A program made the position numbers and the translations under genes. 64,000 nt of DNA from Octopus vulgaris. Its lineage: Eukaryota. Of the stretch, positions 13,404 through 24,894 are shown piece by piece. Below the pieces are notes generated by a model, which worked only from the letters and a program-made list of their open reading frames with translations, was not told where the DNA came from and ran no database searches. The DNA is taken from contig OX597818.1 in assembly GCA_951406725.2 (NCBI GenBank), forward strand, positions 61,628,001 through 61,692,000. The letters are read 5' to 3'. Positions within the stretch are counted from its first letter, which is position 1, and the number at the start of each line of letters is the position of its first letter.

Positions 13404-14394
13404 CAGAGAGACAGAGACAGAGAGAGAGAGAGAGAATGCAAATACACACAGAGCAGACAAGTAGTAGTCCTAAGGAGGTATGAAATATGCCTTAAAAATA
13501 AACATATATAGAATTTTCCTTGCATTTTAAGGATCCTTGTATTTACTAAAACAACTAACCAGTTAATTCACTAAAAATGAAATTGCTCAAAATAAATGAT
13601 TTTTAGTAAGCACAAATTGTTAGAAATGGCAATGGAATCTCCTTGACCTCAAGTACCAGCACAATAACAAACAAACACATGAAATCTAATCAGAGACAGC
13701 CCTAAAGAGATGGAGTAGTCATGGTTGGAATGCATTTGATTATAGGACTTCTCAACTGGAAACTGAACAAGAAAAAATAAATAAATAAACCACAGTGCAA
13801 TTTCATTAAATTAGTTATTTAATTAAACAACAATCAGTGTCAATGAGAACTGAAATAAACAAATGTAAATATAAGAAAGCCTTAGCCATGCCCCAACCCC
13901 CAGCCACCAAATGTGTCGATGCAAGCAGGAATTCAGCAAATATGGTGGTGGATAACTTAATTAGCATATCAGTGTTGACGGCATATATTTTATGCACAAC
14001 ACAGCATTAATTAAAAGCGAAATATAAATGTAAATATTACAACTCACTCATTGTTTCGTTTCTGATTTCAAAAAACAAAACATCGCTTTTGTTTTCAGAT
14101 GCATGTAATGATGTTGTTATACATTGGTTTGTGATATTGTATAAGCCATGCACTGTCAATTCCTAAACAACTTTAAAATATCTGCTTAATTGCATTTGTG
14201 GTATTTAAAATGAAGTGCGACATTTGTTTTGTCTCTCTCTGCAACAAGACACTAGTTTACCAAGAACACAACCTTTTGGTTAGATTTCGATCAACCACAA
14301 CACTTAGGCAAAGTCCAGCTTGGCACCAAACCCACAAAGCATTTGGTCTGCCACCCTACCCCCCCCTCCACCCTCACAAAATAAAGTCTAAGCA

Positions 14395-14754
14395 CTTTAC
14401 TCTTTTACTTGTTTCAGTCATTAAACTGTGGCCATGCTGGAGCACCACCTTTAGTCAAGCACATTTACCCCAGGACATATATTTTGTAAGCCTATTCTAT
14501 TGGTCTCTTTTGCTGAAGCGCTAAGTTACGGGGACGCAAATACACCAACATCAGCTGTCAAGCGATGTTGGGGGGGACAAACACAGACACACACATATGA
14601 TGAGCTGCTTTCAGCTTCCATCTACCAAATCCCCTCACAAGGCTTTGATCGGCCCGAGGCTATAGTAGAAGACACTTACCCAAGGTACCACGCAGTGGAA
14701 CTGAACCTGGAACCATATGGTTGGTAAGCAAGCTATTTACCACACAACCACTCC
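14395..14754 (-). mobile_element. SINE family A
   Basis: Colinear match. Confidence 0.85.
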
Positions 14755-14860
14755 TATTAATTTTAAGTAAATACCCTTTTTTTTTTTCTCCTTTCAAACA
14801 ATAATACCAAGATGGTCACTGTGTGTATAACAAAAATTACAAAAGTAAAAATATTTACAA

Positions 14861-15060
14861 CCCTTTAGCATTGAAATCAAGCATATCTGGCCAAAATAAT
14901 CTTTCTTTTCTGTCCAAACTTTTCAGATCTGATCCCTCACACCTACTCTACAATGCCGCCCATCACTGAAATCTCAAAACTATGAGATAATGCTTCATTA
15001 ATTCTAAACAATATGAATAAATGAGAGTTACATTTGACAGAATAATTTAAAATGCTAAAG
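14861..15060. mobile_element. piggyBac-type MITE, diverged, opposite orientation to the 12095 copy
   Basis: ccctttagca...atgctaaag|ttaa; interior is the reverse complement of the 12095 family. Confidence 0.7.
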
Positions 15061-15526
15061 TTAATAGATATATTAAGTGTATAGTCATGAACACTACACT
15101 GGTCAAACAAGAGATTTCAGCAGCTTGGGAAAAGAAGTATTGTCAATGAAAAAGTACTGTCAGCTTCCACAATTCATCCACAGTTTTCAGGTCAGATTTT
15201 TAGTTTCAATGAATTAGTGAAGAATTTACTGTTGTTACAGGCCAAAGTTTACAGAGCAGACCATGATAAGAGGCATTCCACTTGTAAATATTTCAGATTA
15301 CATTTTTTTTTCTGGAAACTAGGATCAGTTTACTGATAAGATGATAGAATTCAATAGTAATTGTGATTTAGCAGATATTTCTAGAAATCAAGTGACCACA
15401 GAGGGGCTTTTAGGACTTAAAAACACAAAAAAAAATATGCTACTTTAAGATATGAAAAATCAATTTTTTTCCCAGTCATTTAAGTTAGTCCTTTCATTGC
15501 CATTCATAATCTCATTAAGGACTAAC

Positions 15527-15925
15527 CAGTGATTCATAACCTTTTCACTACAAAGGACCCTTTTTATTTAAATGAGTACTGGAGCCTGGTGTAGCCTCCT
15601 GGTTTCCCAGACCCCTGTTGAACCGTCCAACCCATGCTAGCTCGGAAAACGGACGTTAAATGACGATGAGCTTTCCCATGGACCCCTTTTATTTAAACGA
15701 GCTTTCTCACAGACCCCTTTTATTTAAATGAGCTTTGTCATGGACCCCTTTCATTTATTTAAATGAGCTTTCCCACGGACCCCTTTTATTTATTTGAATG
15801 AGCTTTCCCTATAGACCCCTTTTAATATGCTTATCCTTATGTATGCATGTATATGAAATTCTGAATTTAGTTCAGACCCCCCCCCCCCAGTACTACCTTT
15901 ACGGACCACAGGTCAGAAACCACTG
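15527..15925. mobile_element. hAT-like MITE with internal ~30-35-bp tandem repeats and a nested family C fragment
   Basis: TIR cagtgattc.../...gaaaccactg; repeats of ggacccctttt(att)tatttaaatgagcttt; family C 3' fragment at ~15577-15670 flanked by atgag. Confidence 0.7.
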
Positions 15926-16861
15926 GATTAAGACCCCCCTATTCACATCTACTTCTGTCTCATGATTTACAGGTTCTGTATTTTATTGCATCTACTTGTA
16001 TTCGTTGACAAACTGCAATATGAAAATGTACAAAAAATTTTTTTCATATCAAAAAACAAGTAAACATTTACTTTATCAATCTTTTAATTGATTTTTATCA
16101 TTAAAAAACAAAACAAAATGAAACACTTAAGGCCAACGAAGAAATTGAACAGATTTTTGTTTTTTTAGAGTTTTCAATCAGCTACACATTAGATAGATGA
16201 ATATAAAAAATTTTATTTTAAATTTTAATCAGAACCACTGGTGGAGGTGGAGGTCATGGAATTGTTCATATAGAAGGACATTCCTATTGAGATCAAAATA
16301 TTACAAGGTTAGTCTTTTTTTTTTTGTAATCTGGAATGACATTTCTATGAACGAAACCAAAATAATTTAATATGAGTAAATAATATATAAGTAATATATG
16401 AACAAAAGGAAAACAGAATGTGGTTATTAAATATGTAGATATTAATAGTTAAAATAAATAGCTTCTGACAGTTCTCTCTTTCTCTCTTGCATATTTTTTT
16501 TCAGCATTCATCGTGTGTTTTAGTTTTGAAATATTTATTGAAATTCGTAAATTTAGTTCCGTTTTTTTTTTTTTTTTCTATTTTCTAATTCTATTTAATT
16601 TTAATTGTGTTGAATTGTTTTCTTTGTCAGAAGATGAAAAAATAACACTTCACTGTTTTGTTTCTAAACTTAATTATTATATAAACAACCACCTATCTTG
16701 TTTATCTATCACAATTAATTAATTAATAACAAATATCTCCATTCAACATTTATTACTTAAAATTATTTAGTTTTTATGTTGTATATATGTATGTATAATT
16801 ATTGTTTGGTTATGTTAAGCAATATTGATTATTAGGCCAGGCCACTAAACTATACGGGCTT

Positions 16862-16947
16862 GGTGAGGATGGTATGAAGCAGGTGAGGATGGTATGAAGC
16901 AGGTGAGGATGGTATGAAGCAGGTGAGGATGGTATGAAGCAGGTGAG
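16862..16947. repeat. 20-bp tandem repeat, about 4.3 copies
   Basis: Perfect copies of ggtgaggatggtatgaagca. Confidence 0.95.
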
Positions 16948-17189
16948 ACAGTAGGACAATCAATCTAAAGCTGGTTATAAAATATTTAATATAATAAGCA
17001 ACAAGACTTCAAATGTTCCACTGGAGCAATCAATTATAATCTAATCATCACCTGTACTTAACTGGCAGTTATGTCATCAAGCACCTGAAGAATTTCATTA
17101 AGCCATTGAACTCAGGTTGTGAAGCATTTCATTTGACACTCTCTACCAACCCTGCTATCTTCAATGTCACGCTGTAAGAACAGATATAT

Positions 17190-17576
17190 TGACTTGCTGC
17201 AGTCATTTTGATTGCGGCCATGCTGGAGTACCGCCTTTAGTCGAACAAAATCGGCCCAGGACTTATTCTTTGCAAGCCTAGTACTTATTCTGTCGGTGTA
17301 TTTTGTCGGACCGCTAAGTTACGGGGACTTAGATACACCAACATTGGTTGTCAAGCGATGGAGGGGGGTGGGGACAAACACACACACATATACATACGTG
17401 TGTGTGTGCATGTATGTATTTGACGAGCTTCTTTCAGTTTCCGTCTAAGAAATCGACTCACAAGACTTTGGTCGGCCCGAGGCTATATATAGTGGAAAAC
17501 ACTTGCCCAAGGTGCCATGCAGTGGGACTGAACCCAGAACCATGTGATTGGGAAGCAAGCTTCTTACCACACAGCC
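17190..17576 (-). mobile_element. SINE family A
   Basis: Colinear match. Confidence 0.85.
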
Positions 17577-17893
17577 AAGTTACAATCCCACTATTTTATT
17601 TCATTCACGTACAGTAGAATCTTATGTTGTATAGTAAGTCGAAAAACTTAGATTAACTCAGATTCTTGAAGTCAGCAAAACTTCCTTGAAGCTGTTCAAA
17701 CTCTAAAATAACCAAGAAATATAACTAAGACCATTTTTTCTCGCTGGCACCAAATAAGAAGCATCTGTGCCAACACCACCTCAAGAGCACCAAAATACCC
17801 GCCAAAAAGATTTTTATCCACTGATTGAGGGAATAATCCCAGTTTATCAAAATTTTACAATTCACTTTATTACATATAGAGACCTTACTGCTT

Positions 17894-18390
17894 ATTATTT
17901 ACATTTAACGGATATTCACTCCGATCTGGTTTGTTGTTAATACATTTCAGCTGAGATACCCTCCAGCCTTCATCGGTGGTTAAGAGTGCAGGCTACTAAC
18001 CCCAAGACTCCGAGTTCAATTCCAGGCAGTAACATCATCATCATCATCATTATTTAACATCCGTTTTCCATGCTAGCATGGATTTGCTGAATGACTGTGG
18101 GCTGGCGAACCAGGCTTCAATCTTGATCTGGCAGAGTTTCTATAGCTGGATGCCCTTCCTAACGCCAACCACTCCGAGAGTGTGGTGGGTGCTTTTTACG
18201 AATAATAATAATAATAACATTGAAAAATACCTTAGGAATAAGAACCCAGGTTTGAAATTTCCCCAAGACACCTGATGATGGCTGGAGGGTATATCAGCTG
18301 AAATGTGTGAACAACAAACAAGATGAGGACAAATATCCGTCTAATGTAAATAATGTACATAATTCCTCATCTCTTAAATATACAACTGTA
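17894..18390 (+). mobile_element. tRNA-headed non-coding retroelement with a Penelope-type hammerhead-containing terminal repeat (inverted 5' copy plus direct 3' copy)
   Basis: 17894-17978 is the reverse complement of 18268-18354; tRNA-like head at 17976-18028 (tggttaaga..., B box gagttcaattcc); flanks cttactgct / cttactgtt; family C fragment nested at 18032-18199. Confidence 0.7.
18268..18309 (+). ncRNA. Degenerate minimal type-I hammerhead ribozyme motif
   Basis: cac CTGATGA t ggctg-gagggtatat-cagct GAAA tgt gtg; core boxes and stem II present, stem III and cleavage triplet eroded. Confidence 0.6.
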
Positions 18391-18457
18391 CTTACTGTTC
18401 ATAGATTAGAGTGCTGAGCGCTCATCTAATGTATTCCTCTCAAATCACATCGCTTAC

Positions 18458-18700
18458 CTTATTTTACCAACCCCACCTTCCTTTCATTGACTTTCACAAG
18501 AATGAAACTCAGACTACAAAGGCAATTTGTCTGATGCCCTGCAATTTTGCCATAGTAATAATTATTATTTGTCATAAGGCCGGCAGATGAGATGCAAATA
18601 TGGTCGGAATTTATGTGGAATCGATTGTACGAGGTGGGGAAAGCATGAAAAACGACAGTACACAAAAATAGTGGTTTCTACGATTGATTATATGGTAGCG
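18458..18700 (-). other. Candidate non-coding first exon of a minus-strand gene
   Basis: Strong donor AAG|GTAAGC at 18458/18457; unique CpG-containing sequence at the edge of a CpG-poor region; no convincing ORF. Confidence 0.3.
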
Positions 18701-19669
18701 AAATCTTATCAGATAATAGGATCGATTAAATCAGTTTTATTTTATTGAACTTAGTAAGACCTGAACTTATCGTCCCTTAATATCAAAACACTATCACAGG
18801 TTTCTTAGGAGAGATACGGTCAGTTATACCAATGCGAGTGCAGGTCAGTCACACCCAATGATAAACAAGCCAGGCCTAATATGCAACAACGTTTAAGAAA
18901 ATAATGCTACAGATGGCTTTGCTTGGGTGAATTTGGTATGTCATACTCCAAGACTGCTCTGGAAAGTAGTTAAATTACTGCTAAGTATTTTGTCCATTTT
19001 TTTTTTTTTTTTTTTTCCGAGTTTTGCAAAACCAATACGCTTCAGGTAATGAAATATAACTCACTTAACTAACACCCTTAAGGCAACAAAATATAGCTCA
19101 ATTCTGTAAACAAGAATGGCAATGTATAAACTTAAGCAGCTTAAAGCCTTTGAAATAAACTAATCTAATTTTTCCTTTCTTTTTTCCTAATTCATATATT
19201 TTTTTCTTCCAAAACAAATACAAAAATAATTATCGATATAATTCAGAACAGATAAAGACAAAATATAGAGAATTTTTAACGAATTCATATTACGATAAAT
19301 ATTGACAACTTTGGTCTAATATATTTATTTTAATAAGAACAGAGTACAGAATTAGTATAAATTAATAATAAAGATAAGTATGTTTAAAATCATTTCGTTT
19401 CGCCCATCCCCGCCCAGAAATTTTCAAATCTTCTCTCGTTCATTCAAGCAAGTTTTATCAATTAATCGAAGTTAAAATAATTCTGCTCAATTTTGGTGGT
19501 TTTGTTGTAGCTAAAGAATCTGTACTAATACTTCTGTATATTATGTGTTCAAGTGTTATGCGTTTTATCAGATTTAAACTATAGAAGGAAATAGAATAAC
19601 CGAGATATCTAACAATGATATCAATTCAAGTGGTGTGCGTATTCTTTATTTCTGTTATTATTTCTTGAA

Positions 19670-19775
19670 AGGCAAAGTCAACCTCTGCAGAATTTGAACT
19701 CAGAATAAAAAGACGGATGAAATGCCACTTAGCATTTTGCCCGGCGTGCTAACGATTCTGCCAAATCGCCGCCTC
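19670..19775 (-). mobile_element. SINE family B, 5' fragment
   Basis: Reverse complement aggcggcgatttggcagaatcgttagcacgccggg...gagttcaaattc. Confidence 0.8.
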
Positions 19776-19816
19776 ATAATAATGTTAAGATCTCTAAATT
19801 TATGCCTCATTCAGAA

Positions 19817-20034
19817 CAGTGGTTCTCAAACGGGATCCACATGACCCTTGGGGGTCCAAATAGACTGGTTATACTGCTACAATATACATAATGTTTTTCT
19901 TTTTTAAACACAATTCCTAACAATATGTAATTATAAAAATATAGAATTTTTTAGTCATCGAATGGCTATGAGGGTCCATACGTGTAGAATAGAAACCACA
20001 GGAGTCCATAGGCAATGGTTAAAAACCACTACTG
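19817..20034. mobile_element. hAT (Charlie-like) MITE
   Basis: TIR cagtggttctcaa / ttaaaaaccact(actg); degenerate 8-bp flanks attcagaa / gtttagaa. Confidence 0.65.
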
Positions 20035-20199
20035 GTTTAGAACAAATAAAACGAAAGATTTCTACATATTCTGCTAAATTACAGGGTAGTCTTCCCCGTC
20101 TCAGTTTGCAAATGATTGAATAATTTCTAGGGATTTTAAGAGCTGTACTTCAATTTTTGAAGAATGAAAATGTGATCAATTATGAATTGTGAAAGCAAA

Positions 20200-21495
20200 A
20201 TAAGGCACAACTGCAGATGTGGTCACCACCCATCGCGGTTTCTTCATAACTTCCAGAAAAATGGGTATTAGTTAATAAATTTTCTATAAAATCTTTCAGA
20301 TATTGCAGTTTATGATCATAAAAGAATTATTGGAATTTTATGTGGAAAAAATGGGTGGGCGCCCCATACATACATACTGGCACGCACAAAAGAATTTGGA
20401 AAAGAAAATGATTTGATGCGTTTTTATGTATGTGAAGGAGGTTACCATTTTTTTTTTCTTTCCAACATTAAATTCCAATATAATTGTAATCTACACAATC
20501 TGAAAGGAAATTGGAGAAAATTTTATTTACAAATGTCCATTTTACTGAAAGTTATGAGGAAACAAAGTTGGGATCTTTGCCTTTGGACCTACAGAATTTA
20601 AAAAATAATTTTTTGTAACTAAACACTTTCAAACTTCGGACACTGGTAGAATGTGTCATATAAAACATCTTTTACTCTTAGCATTTTTGAGAAAAACTTA
20701 TATTTACGAAGTTATTTCATGTTAAAGTTCTCGTATTTCGGTAATTTCAACCAATCAATGACATGCATTCAGCTGAATAAAATTACTGCCGTTGTTGAAA
20801 AACTATCAGCGGTGTATTTTCGTTCGTCATTGTTATTTATGACATCATTTATGCGTTTGTACTGGTCTCAAGGTTTTATGGTTAGGGTTTTAGGGTTAGG
20901 GTTTTGGGGTTAAGGTTAGTGTTGTCATAAATAACAGTGACAAACGAAATATACACTGCCGATAGTTGTTGTCGACAAACAACAGAAGTAATTTTGTTCA
21001 GTTGAATACACATCATTGATTGGTTGAAATTACCAAAATAGGACAACTTTAACGTGAAATAACTTCGTATATATAAGTTTTTCTCAAAAATGCTAAGAGT
21101 AAAAGATGTTTTATATGACACATTCTACCAGTGTCCGAAGTTTGAAAGTGCTTAGTAACAAAAATATTATTTTTTAATCTGTCTGTCAAAAGGTAAAGAT
21201 CCAATGATTTGATGTGTCTGTTTGTATGTAAAGGAGGCTCTCATTTCCCCACCTTACATTAAAATAAGATATAATTGTAATCTACACCATCTCAAAGGAA
21301 ATTGGAGAAAATTTTATTTACAAATGTCCATTTTACTGAAAGTTATGAGGAAACAAAGTCGGACTGGGGTAGGACGCACTTGTTGGGTTTGCTCTAATAT
21401 ACCAGCGGAAAATTTCATTTTAAAAGTATCTATTTTTCAGAAGTTATGAGGAAACAAAGTCAAAGGTGGACTGGGACACGTCTGTAGTTATGCAC
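20200..21495. mobile_element. Older foldback-type non-autonomous DNA element hosting the palindromic MITE
   Basis: Motif aagttatgaggaaac occurs three times direct and once inverted (~20240-20255); 20203-20270 is inverted relative to 21425-21492. Confidence 0.55.
20571..21202. mobile_element. Palindromic MITE with ~275-bp arms and a TTAGGG-like core
   Basis: Arms 20571-20844 and 20923-21202 (ggatcttt...aaagatcc); core ggttagggttttagggttagggttttgggg; mirror ORFs with the same N-terminus on both strands. Confidence 0.9.
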
Positions 21496-21677
21496 AAAAT
21501 AATATGTTTATTAAACACATTATATTTTCCTAATGGCTTATCGTTTGGATTGAAAACATTTGAGAAAATTGTTCTGGGACAAAATTGTAAGAAATAATAA
21601 AAATGTTTTCAGTAAAATTTGAAATGATGCTGCATTTTATGATGAAAATGTCATTCAACTTAACAAGTTACACACTT

Positions 21678-21710
21678 TACATATATATATATATATATAT
21701 ACATACATAC

Positions 21711-21771
<61 letters not shown>

Positions 21772-21898
21772 TATATACATATATATATACATATATACAT
21801 ATATATATATATACATATATATATACATATATATATATACATATATACATATATATATATACATATATACATATATATATACATATATACATATATAT

Positions 21899-21950
<52 letters not shown>
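21678..21950. repeat. (TA)n/(CATATA)n microsatellite
   Basis: Seen directly. Confidence 0.97.
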
Positions 21951-21957
<7 letters not shown>

Positions 21958-22573
21958 CCTGGTCATCGTTTGAATAGAAAACATTGTGAGAAAGTAAAAA
22001 ACTGAATGAGTTCGGAATACTAAAACTTTCCTGCTCACAGTACTTTCATTATAGAAAGTGAAGCTGTACTTAAGCAACGACTAATGCTTTCATTATCGAG
22101 CGAACATCACTTTCATTATTTCGCACAAGTATTCTTCAATGGAGCCAAATTTCCTTTGAAACTCAGCATGTTTTCGTGTATTAAAAGGGATGCGATGATG
22201 GCTGTCGTGCGTTATTTAAGTTATTTGGTGGAATGGAAATGAAGAAGAAAAAATTAAAAACAATGGATTGAAAGCATACTGAAGTTTCTAACACAAAACA
22301 GTCTTTGCATTATTTTTAAAAGACTTATCATTATTATTATTATTATTTTTTCCTGTTATCGAGATTCTGACCGTAACAAAAGGAAATCAAACAAAAATTT
22401 CAAAGGTGACATTGAAAATTTTACGCCGTTAAAATATATTTTTACCTATAAAATATAAATACTCGAACTTTTTGATCAAAATAAAACATTACGAATTCTT
22501 CCGAAAGGTTTTCTGATCATAAAAAAATGTGGACGGATTAGAATTTCGAGTACAAATGGTAGCAGACGACTAA

Positions 22574-22592
22574 CGCTGTGCATCATGGGTAA
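22574..22592 (-). promoter_or_regulatory. Staf/ZNF143 (SBS/SPH)-like motif
   Basis: Reverse complement TTACCCATGATGCACAGCG closely matches the SPH consensus TTACCCATAATGCAYYGCG; lies in CpG-retaining unique DNA. Confidence 0.45.
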
Positions 22593-22674
22593 AAAAAAAA
22601 AAGACCGCTTAGCGCCTTTACGTAATCGGTTGATAGTCTAGAAATAGCAATCAAATCTCATATTACATCAATCC

Positions 22675-23217
22675 CCGCTACGTTCTGAGTTCAAATTCCA
22701 CCGAGATCGACTTTGCTTTTCATCCTTTCGGGGTCGATTAAATAAGTACCAGTTACGCACTGGGGTCGATATAATCGACTTAATCCCTTTGTCTGTCCTT
22801 CTTTGTCCCTCTCTATGTTTAGCCCCTTGTGGGTATTAAAGAAATATGTATTTCGTCTGTCATTACGTTCTGAGTTCAAATTCCGCCGAGGTCGACTTTG
22901 CATTTCATCCTTTCAGGGTCGATAAATAAAGTACCAGTTTCGTACTGGGGTCGATGTAAACGACTTAATCCCCTTGTCTGTCCTTGTTTGTCCCATCAAT
23001 GTTTAGCCCCTTGTGGGTATTAAAGAAATAGGTATTTCGTCTGTCATTACGTTCTGAGTTCAAATTCCGCCGAGGTCGACTTTGCTTTTCATCCTTTCAG
23101 GGTCGATAAATAAAGTACCAGTTACGCACTGGGGTCGATGTAAACAACTTAATCCCATTTGTCTGTCCTTGTTTGTCCCATCAATGTTTAGCCCCTTGTG
23201 GGTAGTAAAGAAATAGG
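22675..23217 (+). mobile_element. Head-to-tail trimer of the SINE family B body (~184-bp unit)
   Basis: Three units joined at gaaata(g/t)gtatttcgtctg; whole array flanked by 14-bp TSD tattacatcaatcc (22661-22674, 23218-23231). Confidence 0.92.
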
Positions 23218-24369
23218 TATTACATCAATCCATGCCCTCTTTAAAAAAAGGAATGTCACTTAGAATAATATAATCTTAAATTGACCATTTGGATAAAAGA
23301 CTAACTGGTCATTAGTAAAATTTTCGGTCAAATTTTTGTTTCATAACGAATGACCCAGGGCTATATACAAAACAATTGCTCAATTATAAGTTAAAGAACA
23401 AGCCTCTCAGCGATGGCTTAACCTGCAAGAAATAGCAGCCAAATATCCTGATAGTATCTTACTGTCTTCTAAAAAAAACGTGAACATTGTTGTATGTGTT
23501 CCTAAGTTACCAATAAAAATAAAACTATATATAGTTGGACATTTGACCGGTGCTTTTAATTAGACTCGGAGTGGGCTAGAAGGATTTTAAAGGGAGCAGA
23601 CATTTAATAAAAATTAGATTGTTTTAAGTTTCTTTCAAACTAAACTGTCCAAAACTATGCCGAAGAAATAAGAATTGTATCGATGCAAACTAATTCATCT
23701 TCTAAGAAAGTGTAGTAGAAGCATAGTGTTTGGTTTATCAGGTGATGGTCACAAAGTCCATTTGATTTTGTGCGGACTGCCCACCCCTTAACGTGATAGA
23801 TTAACTAAGAGTCTCTACATCAGCTGATGTAAGGGACGATTTCTTTCCTAATTCCCTGATAAGGTGCGCTGGTTACGAACGAGTGGGTTCTTCGACAATG
23901 AAAGCAGTGTATTCCACTTTCCAGCATCAACAAGGAGAGATTTGTAACCAGAATCTTTGACGCAATGTTTTGTGTTTCTTCTAACATTTATCTTCAACTT
24001 CGAGAAACATTTCGAAACCATTTTACGTTTTTAACAGAGTTCTACTTGTTGTGCCAGTTGGTGTATTCAAATAAATGTAGTAGTGTGGTCCATTTTAATT
24101 TGCCATCGTATTTTCTTAATGATATTCATCCTTACTCATTTTACTCAGAAGACAAAACATTATCAGGGCTATGGCCTCATTATATTTATTCAACAACCCT
24201 CGCTAAAAAAAAAAGTATTATTGCGTAAGGCAACGTCGGAAAATATACAAAAATACCTTCCGGCATTTTGTTGTGCATGAAAATCACTTGGGATCAAATT
24301 TGCCTTTCGTCCTTTTGAGTCGACAATATAAAGTACCAGACAAGTACTTGGGCCTATGGCATTAACTAA

Positions 24370-24456
24370 TGGCGAAAGTAGAGAATATTTTCACCCAGTG
24401 TTTAGGGTTAGTGTTACGCCCAAAACGGGTGGTGTACGTATTTTTTACCTCCGCCC
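24370..24456. mobile_element. 87-bp palindromic mini-MITE with TTAGGG core inside an old family B SINE
   Basis: Imperfect arms ggcgaaagtagagaata / tattttttacctccgcc; core tttagggttag; 6-bp TSD aactaa. Confidence 0.7.
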
Positions 24457-24894
24457 AACTAACATAATCACTCAAAACTGTTGGGGTTTGCCTAAATTAA
24501 AAGCAAAATGCGATGAATTGACACAATTGCTACGTTGTGAGTTCGAATCCTGTCACTCTCAACTTAGCTTTTCATCTCTCTGAATGTCAAAAGTTTCGGT
24601 CGATAGTATCAATTAAAGACCCCAGTCCTCAAAATTGCTGGCCTTATGCCTAAATCAGAAATCATTATTGCTGTTTTACTACTGTTGTTCCAGTTAGGAG
24701 AACCACTGAAAATATTTCTTGACGCCCTTCCTCCAATTTAACCTCTTTCACGGCCTGTGCAGCCATAAATGTGTTTATTCACTTCTTAATCTATTTATAC
24801 ATTGTGATTTGCCGTTCTGTTCTATTATGGCCGAAATAAATGAACTGAACTGAAAATTTATATAAATAAATATATATATATGAATAAAGATAAC

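Noticed and set aside
14100-14153. Hairpin tgcatg...ttataca/tgtataa...catgca as a pre-miRNA
   Set aside because: Large asymmetric bulge and no match to a miRNA I recognise
17976-18028. tRNA gene (also the heads of SINE families A, B, D and E)
   Set aside because: No complete cloverleaf or acceptor stem; these are SINE heads
18500-18520. aaactcagactac resembling RNase P RNA CR-V
   Set aside because: No CR-I partner upstream; that region is occupied by retroelements
20880-20920. Interstitial telomere or chromosome fusion scar
   Set aside because: Only a few degenerate units, located at the centre of a MITE
20653-21121. Two ORFs with the same N-terminus on opposite strands
   Set aside because: Artefact of the palindromic MITE arms
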